Shown here: positions 36,523 through 48,670 of the stretch, piece after piece
How positions within the stretch are numbered: position 1 is the stretch's first letter
How the letters are laid out: every line of letters begins with the position of its first letter
DNA from: Octopus bimaculoides
Taxonomy: Eukaryota
Direction of reading: 5' to 3'
Assembly (NCBI RefSeq): GCF_001194135.2
Contig: NC_068990.1
Span: 48,685,262-48,736,697 of the forward strand
DNA length: 51,436 nucleotides
Translations under genes and position numbers: made by a program
The notes under the pieces: generated by a model
The model's input: only the letters and a program-made list of their open reading frames with translations
The model's database searches: none
Told to the model about the DNA's origin: nothing

Positions 36523-36574
36523 TACTATAGCGTCGAGCCGACCAAATCCTTATAAATAGTGGAGGTTGAAAGAC

Positions 36575-37998
36575 GGCAGAAACGTTAGCACGCCGGGCGA
36601 AATGCTTAGCGGTATCCCGTCTCTGTGAAGTTATTACGTGAGTTTATGTTAAAGTGTTTATCGAATTGTTGCCATTGTTGATTGAATTGTTGTTTGAATT
36701 GTTGCCGTTGCTGCTTTGTTGTTTTGTTTCCCATTGTGGGAAAATGGAGAAGGCACCGGAGGCAGGCCCGCGAGATAAAAGTGGAGCCTAGAAAGATGAA
36801 GGAGAGTGAGAAATTAATCACAAAGGAAGGAAACACTTTAAAGCTAACACCGCCTGAAGAGCTATCGGCCAACGTGACAAAAAGAACGGTTATATTTAAA
36901 ACCACGAAGGCAGCCACGAGAAAGATAGAGATTGCACCAATAGAGGCCATAGAGGAAAGTGTTAAGAACATAAAAAGATTCACAACATACATTACGAGAA
37001 GGAGAAGATACGCCACTGTGGAGGTGCGCTTCACAACGGAGGAGGAAGCAATAAAGCACTCCACAGAGGCAATAAGGACAGAGGAATGGGTGCTCTTGCC
37101 TTCGTACTGCGGCAAACGTGTGGCCAAGGTGCGAGTGGGTAAGGTGCCACCCGAACTGAAAGAAGAATGGCTGATGACAGCCATAACGTATAATATGAAA
37201 GACGGGAAGATTCTGAAGGCTAGAAGGACCCAGAAGGTGAACTATTGGGGATATGGTATCGAATTAACGATTCAGGCAACAACGGAGGACTTGAATAGTG
37301 TGGTGGATGAGATTGTGCTGCCAGAAGATGTGAGACTGAGAGTTATTGTGGAGGGTAGGCCACATGAAGGCATGGTGCACCCAAAGAAAGCCACAAACAG
37401 AACAGGAGGAGAGACATGAGAGTGTGGACCAGGTAGTACAGAACAAGGCAACAGAAAAAGAAACGGAGAATGGATTCACTATGGTTAAAAAGAAAAGAAG
37501 GAGGAACGGAGGAATGAGTTCTCCGCCAGAGAAGCAGAAAAAGGAGAGAGAAGAGGTAAGAAAAGAAACTGTGAAGGAGGGCAGTAGGAAGGAAAAAGAA
37601 AGAAAAAAGAAAGTGGAGTTACCAGTGGAGAAAGAGTCGGAAACCCAACTGTATGAAGGTGAGATGGAGAGACTATTTATGGAGGAAGAAAAGAGAGAAC
37701 CAAAAGTCCAAGAGAAAAGAAAGAAGATACGAGGAGGAGATGGAGTGTGACGTACCCAAAAAATGTTGAAACAGAGAAAAAGATAATCAAGTTTCATTCA
37801 ATAGGAAGAGTGAAGGTGCCTTCATACGTCTACGCTGAGGATATGAAGGCAATATTGATTGAAGAGGAAAACTACAGAGATGTGTGGAGATAGCATTGAC
37901 CCACCAGGAGTGGAGGTGGAATTTAAAGAGTTGCCACCTGTGGTGGATTTGAGAGATATCCCCTATGTGTGTAGCCCCTTGTGGGCAATAAAGAAATA
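36575..37998 (+). mobile_element. gag/ORF1-only element with SINE-2-derived 5' end
   Basis: SINE-2 head (36575-36621), T-rich leader, ORF1-like coding region and AATAAA-containing A-rich end (37987-37999). No RT or EN. Confidence 0.65.
36744..37750 (+). pseudogene. Frameshifted LINE ORF1/gag-like protein (RRM-like region, partial CCHC zinc knuckle, K/E-rich tail)
   Basis: ORF 36682-37419 (ATG 36796; an upstream ATG at 36744 is in another frame) contains TVEVRFTTEEEA, VRVGKVPPELKEEWL and LRVIVEGRP. ORF 37346-37750 begins VGHMKAWC, the GHxxxxC half of a knuckle. Confidence 0.65.
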
Positions 37999-38180
37999 AG
38001 AATCGTTAGCACGCCGAACAAAAATGCTTAACGACATTTCTTCCGGTTTTATATTTTGAGTTCTAATTCCGCAAAGGTCAACTTGCCTTTCATCCCTTTC
38101 GGAGTCAGTAAAATGAGCAGTAGGGTCGATGTGCCCCTCCCACCAAATTTAAGGCTTTATTCCTATAGTAGAAAGAAATA
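37999..38180 (+). mobile_element. SINE family 2, older copy
   Basis: agaatcgttagcacgccg..ttgagttctaattccgc.aaggtcaactt.gcctttcatcc. Confidence 0.75.
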
Positions 38181-38989
38181 TTAAATAAGTGAGTAAAAGC
38201 GAAGTTTTGTAAGCGAGACTCGAGCTTACTGCTTCTTACTCAGTAAGATGAACACGTTCACTAAGTACAGGCAGAGTAACAGAATGCGCTCTCAATATTA
38301 TAGGAAAAGTCTAGATAGCTTCTTTTATTTAATAATCGTTAAATATTGAATATCAATCACTACTACATATTGATCGTGTCAAAATATAGCTACAAACTCC
38401 ATTCAATAAGAATGTGATAATCAAAAACAAGTTTTAAACAATAGAACCTGAATATAATGCTATCTCTCGTTTCTGATTCTCTCTCTGCTGTATTTATCTG
38501 TCCTGGCTACAAATAAACCCAACGTTAAATTGACAAAAATTTTTTTTTAATTAGTGATTTTTGTTTCTACCTATTTTTATTAACAAGATAGCATAGGTTA
38601 CAGCCATAGTTTGTAAGTTTGTATTCTTTCTTCACCACAGTGTTGGACAGGTTTAAAAGCTTAAAGCCATATTAATTTTTTATTAAACATGACAGTTTAT
38701 CCGACCTCTTTTCAATTCTTACAGCTCATCCCCGGTTCCATGTTAAACGCTGCTCTAATCCACATTCTATGACGTATTTTCTATTTCTCTATCTTCAAAT
38801 TAAACCGAAATATAGTTATTTGGTCTCTCCATTTCTCATTCCAGTTTCCAATCTCCCCCCCCCCCTTTTGACTGTTCATCGTCTCTACAAAAGCTAAAAT
38901 GTATATTCCAAATGTGATCTTTAAAACTTACACTGGACTGTCATGAAACACCTATTTTCGAAGTAGAAGTTAATAGTTTCGAAAAAAAT

Positions 38990-39110
38990 AAAGCCCGACA
39001 AATTCCATTTAATTGCTAATTCTACCAAAGCAACAAGCTGGGCATCGTCAAACATCATGGGCACGAAAAAAATAATTAACCATACGAGCAGTTTTTGCTC
39101 GAAGAACATT
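38990..39110 (-). pseudogene. Possible mariner transposase remnant
   Basis: PMMFDDAQLVALVE resembles the mariner RP..FDD..L.ALVE motif; the match is short. Confidence 0.3.
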
Positions 39111-39428
39111 AAATCAACCTATTTTATGACAAAGAGTAATCTACTAACGCACTGAATCCGAAAAGATAATATCTTCCAGTATGTCCTTCAATGGTAGTGG
39201 TATGTAATTTTAAAGTTTTGATTCCAGGTTGAAACGTAACTTTCAGTTCATGTCGCCATATAAATTTGCAGCTATGTAACTCGTATTAACAAATGATTTC
39301 TTTTTACGACTTTTAACAGTTAGGGAGAATCGCATCTGGTAGAGTCAAAATATCAGTGGTTTGTTCTTTCATTTTCTGCACCCTTGTGAACTCACACTTC
39401 CAAGAGAGAGCGCTACTGTCCGCGTTAA

Positions 39429-40641
39429 CCCTTAAACGACGGACATCATCAATTGATGGTTCATTAGATAACAGAGGACATCGTCAATTGATGGTTCATG
39501 AGATAACAGAGGACATCATCAATTGATGGTTCATTAGATAACAGAGGACATCATCAATTGATGGTTCATTAGATAACAGAGGACATCATCAATTGATGGT
39601 TCATTAGATAACAGAGGACATCATCAATTGATGGTTCATTAGATAANNNNNNNNNNNNNNNNNNNNNNNNNNNNNNNNNNNNNNNNNNNNNNNNNNNNNN
39701 NNNNNNNNNNNNNNNNNNNNNNNNNNNNNNNNNNNNNNNNNNNNNNNNNNNNNNNNNNNNNNNNNNNNNNNNNNNNNNNNNNNNNNNNNNNNNNNNNNNN
39801 NNNNNNNNNNNNNNNNNNNNNNNNNNNNNNNNNNNNNNNNNNNNNNNNNNNNNNNNNNNNNNNNNNNNNNNNNNNNNNNNNNNNNNNNNNNNNNNNNNNN
39901 NNNNNNNNNNNNNNNNNNNNNNNNNNNNNNNNNNNNNNNNNNNNNNNNNNNNNNNNNNNNNNNNNNNNNNNNNNNNNNNNNNNNNNNNNNNNNNNNNNNN
40001 NNNNNNNNNNNNNNNNNNNNNNNNNNNNNNNNNNNNNNNNNNNNNNNNNNNNNNNNNNNNNNNNNNNNNNNNNNNNNNNNNNNNNNNNNNNNNNNNNNNN
40101 NNNNNNNNNNNNNNNNNNNNNNNNNNNNNNNNNNNNNNNNNNNNNNNNNNNNNNNNNNNNNNNNNNNNNNNNNNNNNNNNNNNNNNNNNNNNNNNNNNNN
40201 NNNNNNNNNNNNNNNNTCAATTGATGGTTCATTAGATAACAGAGGATATTATCAATTGATGGTTCATTAGATAACAGAGGACTTTATCAATTGATGGTTC
40301 ATTAGATAACAGAGGACATTATCAATTGATGGTTCATTAGATAACAGAGGACTTTATCAATTGATGGTTCATTAGATAACAGAGGACATTATCAATTGAC
40401 GTTTCAAAAGTTTTACAGGAATACAGCCATTAACAAAAGAAAGCGAATATTTTACAGCACTTTTTAATAATGGGATTGTAAATTTTACTGAGCGAGAAAC
40501 TAACAATTATATATAATAGTTTTTGTATTTATTTGAAATGAAAATAATTATAAAAATTATCCTTAAGAAAAAAGATATCGTTCGGTTTTTTTTATCCGTT
40601 TGGCATACACATTAATGCAACTCTTTCCCACCGTTTAAGGG
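39429..40641. mobile_element. piggyBac-like non-autonomous element carrying a tandem array
   Basis: TTAA|CCCTTAAACG ... CGTTTAAGGG|TTAG: 10-bp perfect TIR starting CCC and a TTAA-like TSD. Confidence 0.5.
39442..40399. repeat. 35-bp minisatellite gacatcatcaattgatggttcattagataacagag (spans gap 39647-40216)
   Basis: Period 35 (39442, 39477...). Each left-hand unit contains the 12-bp palindrome catcaattgatg. There are no unique spacers. Confidence 0.95.
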
Positions 40642-40654
40642 TTAGCCTTTATTC

Positions 40655-41055
40655 TAAATTATTCTTGAAGCCACAATGAACTGTGGCCACGCTGAGAAGT
40701 GCCTTGAAGGCTTTTAGTTAAACAAATCGACTCCAATACATATTTTTTAAAGCCTGGTACTTATTCTATCGGTCTCTTTTTCTGTACCACCGCTAAAGTT
40801 ACGGGGACGTAAACAAAACAACACCGGTTGTCAAGTAGTGAGGGTACATATAGACACGCACGGATATATATATATATATATACGCGTAGACACTTACATA
40901 AGACGGCCTTCTTTCATTTTCCGTCTCCCAAATCCACTTACAAGGCTTTAGTCGACTCGTGGTTATAGTAGAAGACACGTGCCCAAGGCGCATGCAGTGA
41001 CACTGAACCCGAAACCACGTGGTAGGGAAGCAAGCTTTTTACTACACAACCATGC
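40655..41055 (-). mobile_element. SINE family 1, CpG-rich copy
   Basis: Reverse complement of the family; near full length. Confidence 0.85.
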
Positions 41056-41694
41056 TTAGATTTGAAACTGCATTAGCTCAGTAACAAGAAATAGGCTACA
41101 GCACATCAGGTGACTTGCCTTGAATTCTGACTAATCATATTTCAGCTGTGATCGTACGATGTCGAACGGAAATTTTCATAAGTTTCCCGTCAAAATATGG
41201 TCAGAAACAGAAAAGCGCGAGAAAATCAGGGTAGAGGAACGAGATGCACGCGCAGCAGAGATTGAGAAGTCCAGGTGAACAGGATTCTTGGTCGCCTGCT
41301 CGACTGCGGGTTAGAAAAAAGACACCTCGTCTACAATGAACATAAGATTCTTATTTCTCCAAGCATGTACACAAGATATTCTTAACACTCACCTCTCGCC
41401 CTACACGAATATGTAGTTATCTAATTCTCGACCAACATACGAAAGTCACTACTAGTAATGAGCGATACAGCCTCCGACAAGTAATTATTGTACGTATTGC
41501 ATAAATAAATGGTTTCCTCAAAAGCTTCAAATGGACTGGTTTTAATAATTGGTAATAACACCCAGTCAAACCAAAATATCTATAACCCATCTAGCTAGTC
41601 CTAAAGATGATTTGCTTAGAATTTAGGAAAACAAATCAAAATTATATTTGAGAGATTCCGAAAATTGTTTACAATTTGATATCAATAAGATGTT

Positions 41695-41751
<57 letters not shown>

Positions 41752-42545
41752 TAAAGTCCTCTTTTCCTCTTTCTCAAGGGTCGTTGCTCGCGAAAAGATA
41801 GATAAGTGTTTTCTGAAATAACTAGAGGTTGATCAAAACGTTGTGAGTGGAATTTGAGAGACAGAAACTGGGTGGAAACCTGTCAAATGTACAATTCGTA
41901 GCCCTTCAAGTGAGCTTCGTAGGTTGTCACAAAATAAATAAATAAATACATCGTCAACGAAGAATTTTTAACTGTATCGCTATCGCAGATAATAGATTAA
42001 TATTTGGTTTATGTGTGTGTAAGGAGTNNNNNNNNNNNNNNNNNNNNNNNNNNNNNNNNNNNNNNNNNNNNNNNNNNNNNNNNNNNNNNNNNNNNNNNNN
42101 NNNNNNNNNNNNNNNNNNNNNNNNNNNNNNNNNNNNNNNNNNNNNNNNNNNNNNNNNNNNNNNNNNNNNNNNNNNNNNNNNNNNNNNNNNNNNNNNNNNN
42201 NNNNNNNNNNNNNNNNNNNNNNNNNNNNNNNNNNNNNNNNNNNNNNNNNNNNNNNNNNNNNNNNNNNNNNNNNNNNNNNNNNNNNNNNNNNNNNNNNNNN
42301 NNNNNNNNNNNNNNNNNNNNNNNNNNNNNNNNNNNNNNNNNNNNNNNNNNNNNNNNNNNNNNNNNNNNNNNNNNNNNNNNNNNNNNNNNNNNNNNNNNNN
42401 NNNNNNNNNNNNNNNNNNNNNNNNNNNNNNNNNNNNNNNNNNNNNNNNNNNNNNNNNNNNNNNNNNNNNNNNNNNNNNNNNNNNNNNNNNNNNNNNNNNN
42501 NNNNNNNNNNNNNNNNNNNNNNNNNNNNNNNNNNNNNNNNNNNNN

Positions 42546-42945
42546 AACCAATTCAAATCTCCCACTACAATCCACAAGAAGTGACCAACGTAGTCTACTA
42601 CAATCTTTTGCCTGCCACAACAGTTCCATCTCTCTGTCCCTCTCTCTCTCTCAGACTCTATCCATTTCTGCTGACTGGTACCTTCTGACAATAGCCTCTC
42701 TCTCTTAGCCTCTTTCTGTCAGACTCTCTGTTCATCTTGCTTCTCTTCACTCACTGCTGGCTGTCACACCGACTGCGATTCCATCTGGCTCCTCTACTGG
42801 CTGCTGGCCTTTACACCAAACCGCGCTTACACCAACTGCTTGTCCATCTTCACTGGCTGACCGCTTACACCAACTGCGATTCCTAAAACTATCCTACCGT
42901 ATTTATGACAAATACCGTAGCCAACAGTGCTATGTTACACCCCCC
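42546..42945 (-). mobile_element. Candidate LTR with polypurine tract (Ty3/gypsy-like), running into a gap
   Basis: Minus strand GGGGGG|TGTAACATAGC..., followed by internal repeats (gcagttggtgtaagc x2) and GA-rich runs. The other end is unseen. Confidence 0.5.
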
Positions 42946-43154
42946 ACAGCTGGGTCAGTTTAGTACAGTTCCTACTTGTTTTTCTAAACTTTCGGTGACC
43001 GGAAAGGGTCAGTGATCACATACCTACGCTATAAATAGCTGTGCTTGTTGACAGGACAAAGGAAATACCATTGTCCTCAACAACCAGAATACGGTTTCAA
43101 ACCCAGCTCGGGAAATAGGGACATAACGTTATTTTGCTTTTCGGCGGTCCGTAT

Positions 43155-43191
<37 letters not shown>

Positions 43192-44799
43192 AGCATCTGT
43201 AACTTAATGCAATAAAGTATTCCTTGATATTCCGTTGAGGTTGAACATCTCGAAGCACAAAACACCAATTGCAGGGGTTCAAAGAGCCAAAACAGTGAAA
43301 CGTGCGTGTGTTTATCCTTTTTTTTCTCTCACACACAGATACACGCGTGCGCATTGCGGTATTTGATATTGCCCAACTTTACAGAGAGTGTCAGAAAAAG
43401 TCTCAAAATCAATGACGTTATCCTTAAAGGTACGCTCCTATGCAAAATTTAAGATCCCTAGGTGCAAAAGTGTGGCTAACAACTTGGAATAAAGAAGCGC
43501 ATATACATCGGAATTTCTTGTGTCTTGGTATTTCAGATGGTTCGAATTGAACTTCACAAAAATAATCAAATAAAGAAGCTAATATCAAATAAAATGAGAG
43601 AATATTTTAATCTTGATTTTAAAAAAAAATTTTTCAAGCAAATATCAAATACATAACGTAAGAGAATATTCTAATCTCGATTCTTTTTATTATTTTTTTA
43701 ATACTTTCCCCCAAAATATTGTTGTAATTTACATATTTACTACAAATGAATTTTTTTCCTAATCAGTAATTTTTTTGTGTTTACTGCAGTTATTGGATAC
43801 ATAATTTTTCTAAGACGATTGAAAGTATCAGGAAAAATTAAGTCTATCAGAAAGATGTTTTCCTATTCCTCTTGATGCATTAAGAAAGAATATTTCATTA
43901 TTTTTTGTTGAGAATATAGTCAATAATTATGACAAGGGCTCTTTTTTTATCATTAACTAGCTTAGGTATATTTTCAGCCATAAATGTTGCATCATAACAA
44001 AATTCACATTGAACTTCATTTGGTGGTTCGTTTTCTTCAGACTGATTACTCAAGATGCATGCATTTCAACGCTACAAAAGTGCGAGCCCTCCGTTATCAG
44101 CCCACAAATCACAACTAGAATACATAGGACTAGAAGGTATTGCAATTTCGTAGTTACAACCAGCTTGTGATCCGAGAGTCCATAGGAGTAACGTTTTGTC
44201 ACTTCATATGCAACTTATAAGATAGCAACAGTACCCAGGCGATTGACTAGCTGGATTCTGAGATCATTCAGAAAGAAAAAACAACACAGGTAACTATGTG
44301 GGTCCGATGGAAGACATTTGCTCTCAGTCGCCTGGAAAACTGCTCCCAGTTATGGTTATCATATAATATCAAACTAATAGGACAGAAAGAAACAAACTAA
44401 CAAGCAAACAAACAAACATAGTCTTAAAGAGAGGAAGTATTGCAGTGAGAAAAAGAAAGAGAAAAGATACATAAAACAGAAAGAAAAGGGAGAAAATCGG
44501 TTGAAAACTGTAGAAATGTATACGTACTTCACACACACAAACATACACACACATCCTTTGTTTTATATATATATATATATATATATACATATATNNNNNN
44601 NNNNNNNNNNNNNNNNNNNNNNNNNNNNNNNNNNNNNNNNNNNNNNNNNNNNNNNNNNNNNNATATACACATTACACTTCATGTAATTCTTGCGTAAAGC
44701 TGTCCTTGCGTAATTCAGTTTTACATTCATCATTGCAACATGTGTAAGGATGCTATAAGTAAACGATTCCAGATGAAATTTTCCAGTCTTGTTTTTCTT

Positions 44800-45005
44800 T
44801 CCACAATCTGTGTTGGTTTGTTTTCCAACTGCTGTTGGTTTGTTTATGTCCTCGAAAGTTAGCGGTTCGATATAAGAGACGATAGAATAAGTACCAGGCT
44901 TTACAAAAAAGTACTGGAGTCAATTTGTTTGACTAAAATTCTTCACGGCGGTGCTCCAGCATGGCCGCAGTCCAACGTGTAGAAGATAAAGGAATAGATA
45001 AAAGA
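44800..45005 (+). mobile_element. SINE family 1, 3' half
   Basis: gttggtttgtttatgtcc..agagacgatagaataagtaccaggc..gctccagcatggccgcagtc. Confidence 0.75.
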
Positions 45006-45046
45006 TGTGTATGTATGTATGTATTTATGTGTGTACTGATAAAAAT

Positions 45047-45510
45047 ACAAATACAGAAACCGTAATTGGTATTTTAAGCTTTATAAAACATACACACGTT
45101 ACAGTAAATCTATTGACAAGATTACACGATCGTTTGGTGAAATTGCCTAATCTTATCAAATTACCTCGTCGGTGTTCTCAGCTAAAATACAAAATAGTGT
45201 AAGGTTTGCTCTAATTCCCGTGGTGCAAATTGCTCACAACCTGAATGACGTGGCAGGATATTGAGCGATAGAGTACTAGGTAGTAAATAGAAGGTACAAG
45301 CTCTGTCGTACTATTTAACATCCTATATTCCGCCGCACTGTCAATGATATGAGTAATTTGCATAACGGGTATATATATTAGAGCAAACTTTGTACTTTTC
45401 GCTGAAAACAAACAGGTGAATCGATAAGATTATGCAATTTCACTTAACAATTGCATAATCTCGTCAGTTGATTTACTGCTTAAAATACCAGTTGTGTTTT
45501 CTGCATTTGT
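45047..45510. mobile_element. About 460-bp imperfect palindrome (fold-back element) with a hairpin inside each arm
   Basis: The arms align from acaaat.cagaaa..ggtattttaagc through gtttgctctaat and tgcaaatt.ctca toward a centre near 45280. A 13-bp perfect hairpin lies at 45427-45461. Confidence 0.75.
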
Positions 45511-46088
45511 TATAAATACTATTACGTGGTTTGTACTCCGCACATTAGCCTACATCGTGGTCTTACTGCTATGGGTACAATAGTGGAGTGTAAGACTCAA
45601 TACAGATCTCTAACTTTTGGTTATATGTCACGCTTTCCAGCGTATGTATATATTGCCCGATATAGAAAGCAGTAGATACATGCACTTTCCCTCTCACTCT
45701 CACTGTGTGTGTGTGTGTTCGTATGTATGTATGTATGTATGTATATATGTATATATATATGGATGTGTGGCTAAATATATATAGACAAATAAATGTATAT
45801 ATACATATTTATGTGTGCTTTTATGCGTTTATGTATGTGTTTATTTCTATATACACATATATCACACACACACACATATATATATTAGTAAATGGATTGA
45901 GCAACACGTTTTATTGCATATCACTACAATTGTTTCAACGTCGATTTGCTGAAGCATTATATAAAATATAAATTACGACATCTGGTCATTTGTGTTTGCC
46001 CATCTGAAGAGGCTAAATTCACCAGTGTTGGTGTAATACTGTAATAATAATAATAATAATAATAATACACACGCACACGCACACACGC

Positions 46089-46135
<47 letters not shown>

Positions 46136-46609
46136 CGAAGAAAGTTATCAAACCTAGTTGAAAATTAAATATACTTTAGACAAAATTCCGTTTGGTCGGT
46201 CGCTCGAATAGATGCACGCAAAACTGCTGAAAACCTCAGCTACATATATTTAGTAACTTATATTACTGTATACAATAAACATTGTTTTAAATAATCCNNN
46301 NNNNNNNNNNNNNNNNNNNNNNNNNNNNNNNNNNNNNNNNNNNNNNNNNNNNNNNNNNNNNNNNNNNNNNNNNNNNNNNNNNNNNNNNNNNNNNNNNNAG
46401 AGTGTAGTAAAAGAAAACTTCACAGAAAACGAACGTTTATCTCTTATTTTAAACATAATTAATCAAATTGAAGTAAATCAAAATTAGTATTAGTGTAAAA
46501 TAACGCGTAAGCTTCTCAGCACCCCGTATAGTTATCAATAATATTAATACGCTAACTTTTTGATTTTTGTACGTACCTGATGTGTGTGTCACACTTACTT
46601 CGAAGAAGT

Positions 46610-46870
46610 GGCAAAGCGAGAGAGAAGAGGACAGAGAGGAAGTAAGAGAGCGAGAGAGAGAGTGAGAAAGAGAAAGTGAGAGAGAAAGAGAGAGAGAGAG
46701 TGAAAGAGACAGTTAGTGGTGACGGCGTTCCTTTTGTGCTTTTAAATGTTTATCACACCACAAAAGAAGTAGATACATAGATACATATACACATTGCTTA
46801 ATCAAAAGTAGGAGAGAAGAGGGACACAAAGGAAGTGAAAAAGAAAGAGAGAAAGTGAGAGAGACAGTAG
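46610..46870. repeat. (GA)-rich low-complexity tracts
   Basis: Direct reading. Confidence 0.8.
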
Positions 46871-47214
46871 ATACATAAATCCAAAGAAAAGTTCATACAT
46901 AGATACAAAGATACAGCAAATATTGGATCTCAATTTCACTTTTCATTACTACACGAGGATAAAATTAACTCACAGACATGCATGACATTAACGTAGTTCT
47001 CAGGGAGATTCAGCCTCACACAGAATATGACAAGGCTGGCCCCTTTGAATTACAGCTTGAACTCGAGACATATATATATGGATGTATTTGTGTGTGTGTA
47101 TAGTTTAGGTTAGTTATTACATGTTTGCAATGATAAGTGTCGCGTGGTGGAAATAAACGCAATTACCAAACTTTCATTCGTAAATCCATTTATTATTTCG
47201 TTCTCAATATTGGT

Positions 47215-47380
47215 GCGTTTGCCTCCCTGTAATTTAGCTGTTCAGCAGAAGAGACTGATACAATAAGCACTAGGCTTACAGGGAATAAGTCCAGGGGTCA
47301 ATTTCTTCGACTAAAGGGTGGCGCTCCAGCATGGCCACTGTCAAATGCCTGAAACAAGTAAAAGAATAAAAGAATACCAG
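47215..47380 (+). mobile_element. SINE family 1, 3' half
   Basis: aatttagctgttcagc..ataagcactaggc..gctccagcatggccac.gtcaaatgcctgaaacaagtaaaagaataaaaga. Confidence 0.75.
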
Positions 47381-47569
47381 AAAACCATTCCGTACCACTA
47401 AACCAAGAAGGTTCTTTGAATATGTACGATATATTTTAAGGTTAAATAGTAATTCCGTTTACGTTTGTGTAACAGATATTTTGGCTGGATTATAATAGTC
47501 ATTGGTGTTACATTACTTTCTATGTTCTGTAACTGTCACAATATACTTTTCTAGGCCTGAAATTTTTGT

Positions 47570-47695
47570 GGGGAAATTTTTTATTAGATCGACCCAGTAC
47601 ACATCTGGTACTTAATTTATCGACCCCGAAAAGACGAAAGGCAAAGTCGACCTCGGCAGAATTTGAACTCAGAGCGTAAAGGCAGACGGTCATAA
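47570..47695 (-). mobile_element. SINE family 2 fragment
   Basis: gatcgacccagtac..tttatcgaccccgaaa..ggcaaagtcgacctcggcagaatttgaactcag. Confidence 0.75.
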
Positions 47696-48624
47696 TATAC
47701 AAACATTTCTCATGGCACCAGTCCAATGTTTACAAATGCTTACATTTATTGTTTTCCGTGAATTTTTCACGGGTCCAGCTATTTGATTATTATTGTACAT
47801 TCAACTAAGTTAAACTATATTATTATTANNNNNNNNNNNNNNNNNNNNNNNNNNNNNNNNNNNNNNNNNNNNNNNNNNNNNNNNNNNNNNNNNNNNNNNN
47901 NNNNNNNNNNNNNNNNNNNNNNNNNNNNNNNNNNNNNNNNNNNNNNNNNNNNNNNNNNNNNNNNNNNNNNNNNNNNNNNNNNNNNNNNNNNNNNNNNNNN
48001 NNNNNNNNNNNNNNNNNNNNNNNNNNNNNNNNNNNNNNNNNNNNNNNNNNNNNNNNNNNNNNNNNNNNNNNNNNNNNNNNNNNNNNNNNNNNNNNNNNNN
48101 NNNNNNNNNNNNNNNNNNNNNNNNNNNNNNNNNNNNNNNNNNNNNNNNNNNNNNNNNNNNNNNNNNNNNNNNNNNNNNNNNNNNNNNNNNNNNNNNNNNN
48201 NNNNNNNNNNNNNNNNNNNNNNNNNNNNNNNNNNNNNNNNNNNNNNNNNNNNNNNNNNNNNNNNNNNNNNNNNNNNNNNNNNNNNNNNNNNNNNNNNNNN
48301 NNNNNNNNNNNNNNNNNNNNNNNNNNNNNNNNNNNNNNNNNNNNNNNNNNNNNNNNNNNNNNNNNNNNNNNNNNNNNNNNNNNNNNNNNNNNNNNNNNNN
48401 NNNNNNNNNNNNNNNNNNNNNNNNNNNNNNNNNNNNNNNNNNNNNNNTTTTTCCTCCGAAAAATTTATTTTTGAACTATGTGTTTTATACATAAGAGATT
48501 ATAATTCTGATATTTTTCTTCCACACATCTAATTTTTCGAAAAAAGATGAAGTGACGATATATAGAAGTGCTTATTCCCAAAGTCCCCCTTTATTACTGG
48601 TTCAGTGAAATTTATGGAAATGAT

Positions 48625-48626
<2 letters not shown>

Positions 48627-48670
<44 letters not shown>
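48627..48670. repeat. (AAT)n microsatellite
   Basis: Direct reading. Confidence 0.95.

Noticed and set aside
36606-37797. Minus-strand ORFs (192 aa, 177 aa, 65 aa)
   Set aside because: They are antisense shadows of the purine-rich plus-strand ORF1-like sequence.
39442-40399. 35-bp palindromic repeats as a CRISPR array
   Set aside because: Units are directly adjacent with no unique spacers, there are no cas genes and the context is eukaryotic.
45415-45468. Minus-strand CUGACGA followed by a perfect stem as a hammerhead
   Set aside because: The stem is not followed by GAAA; it is part of the fold-back element.
45990-46030. CUGAAGA-GGCU next to an (AAT)n run as a PLE hammerhead remnant
   Set aside because: No complementary stem II arm or GAAA downstream.
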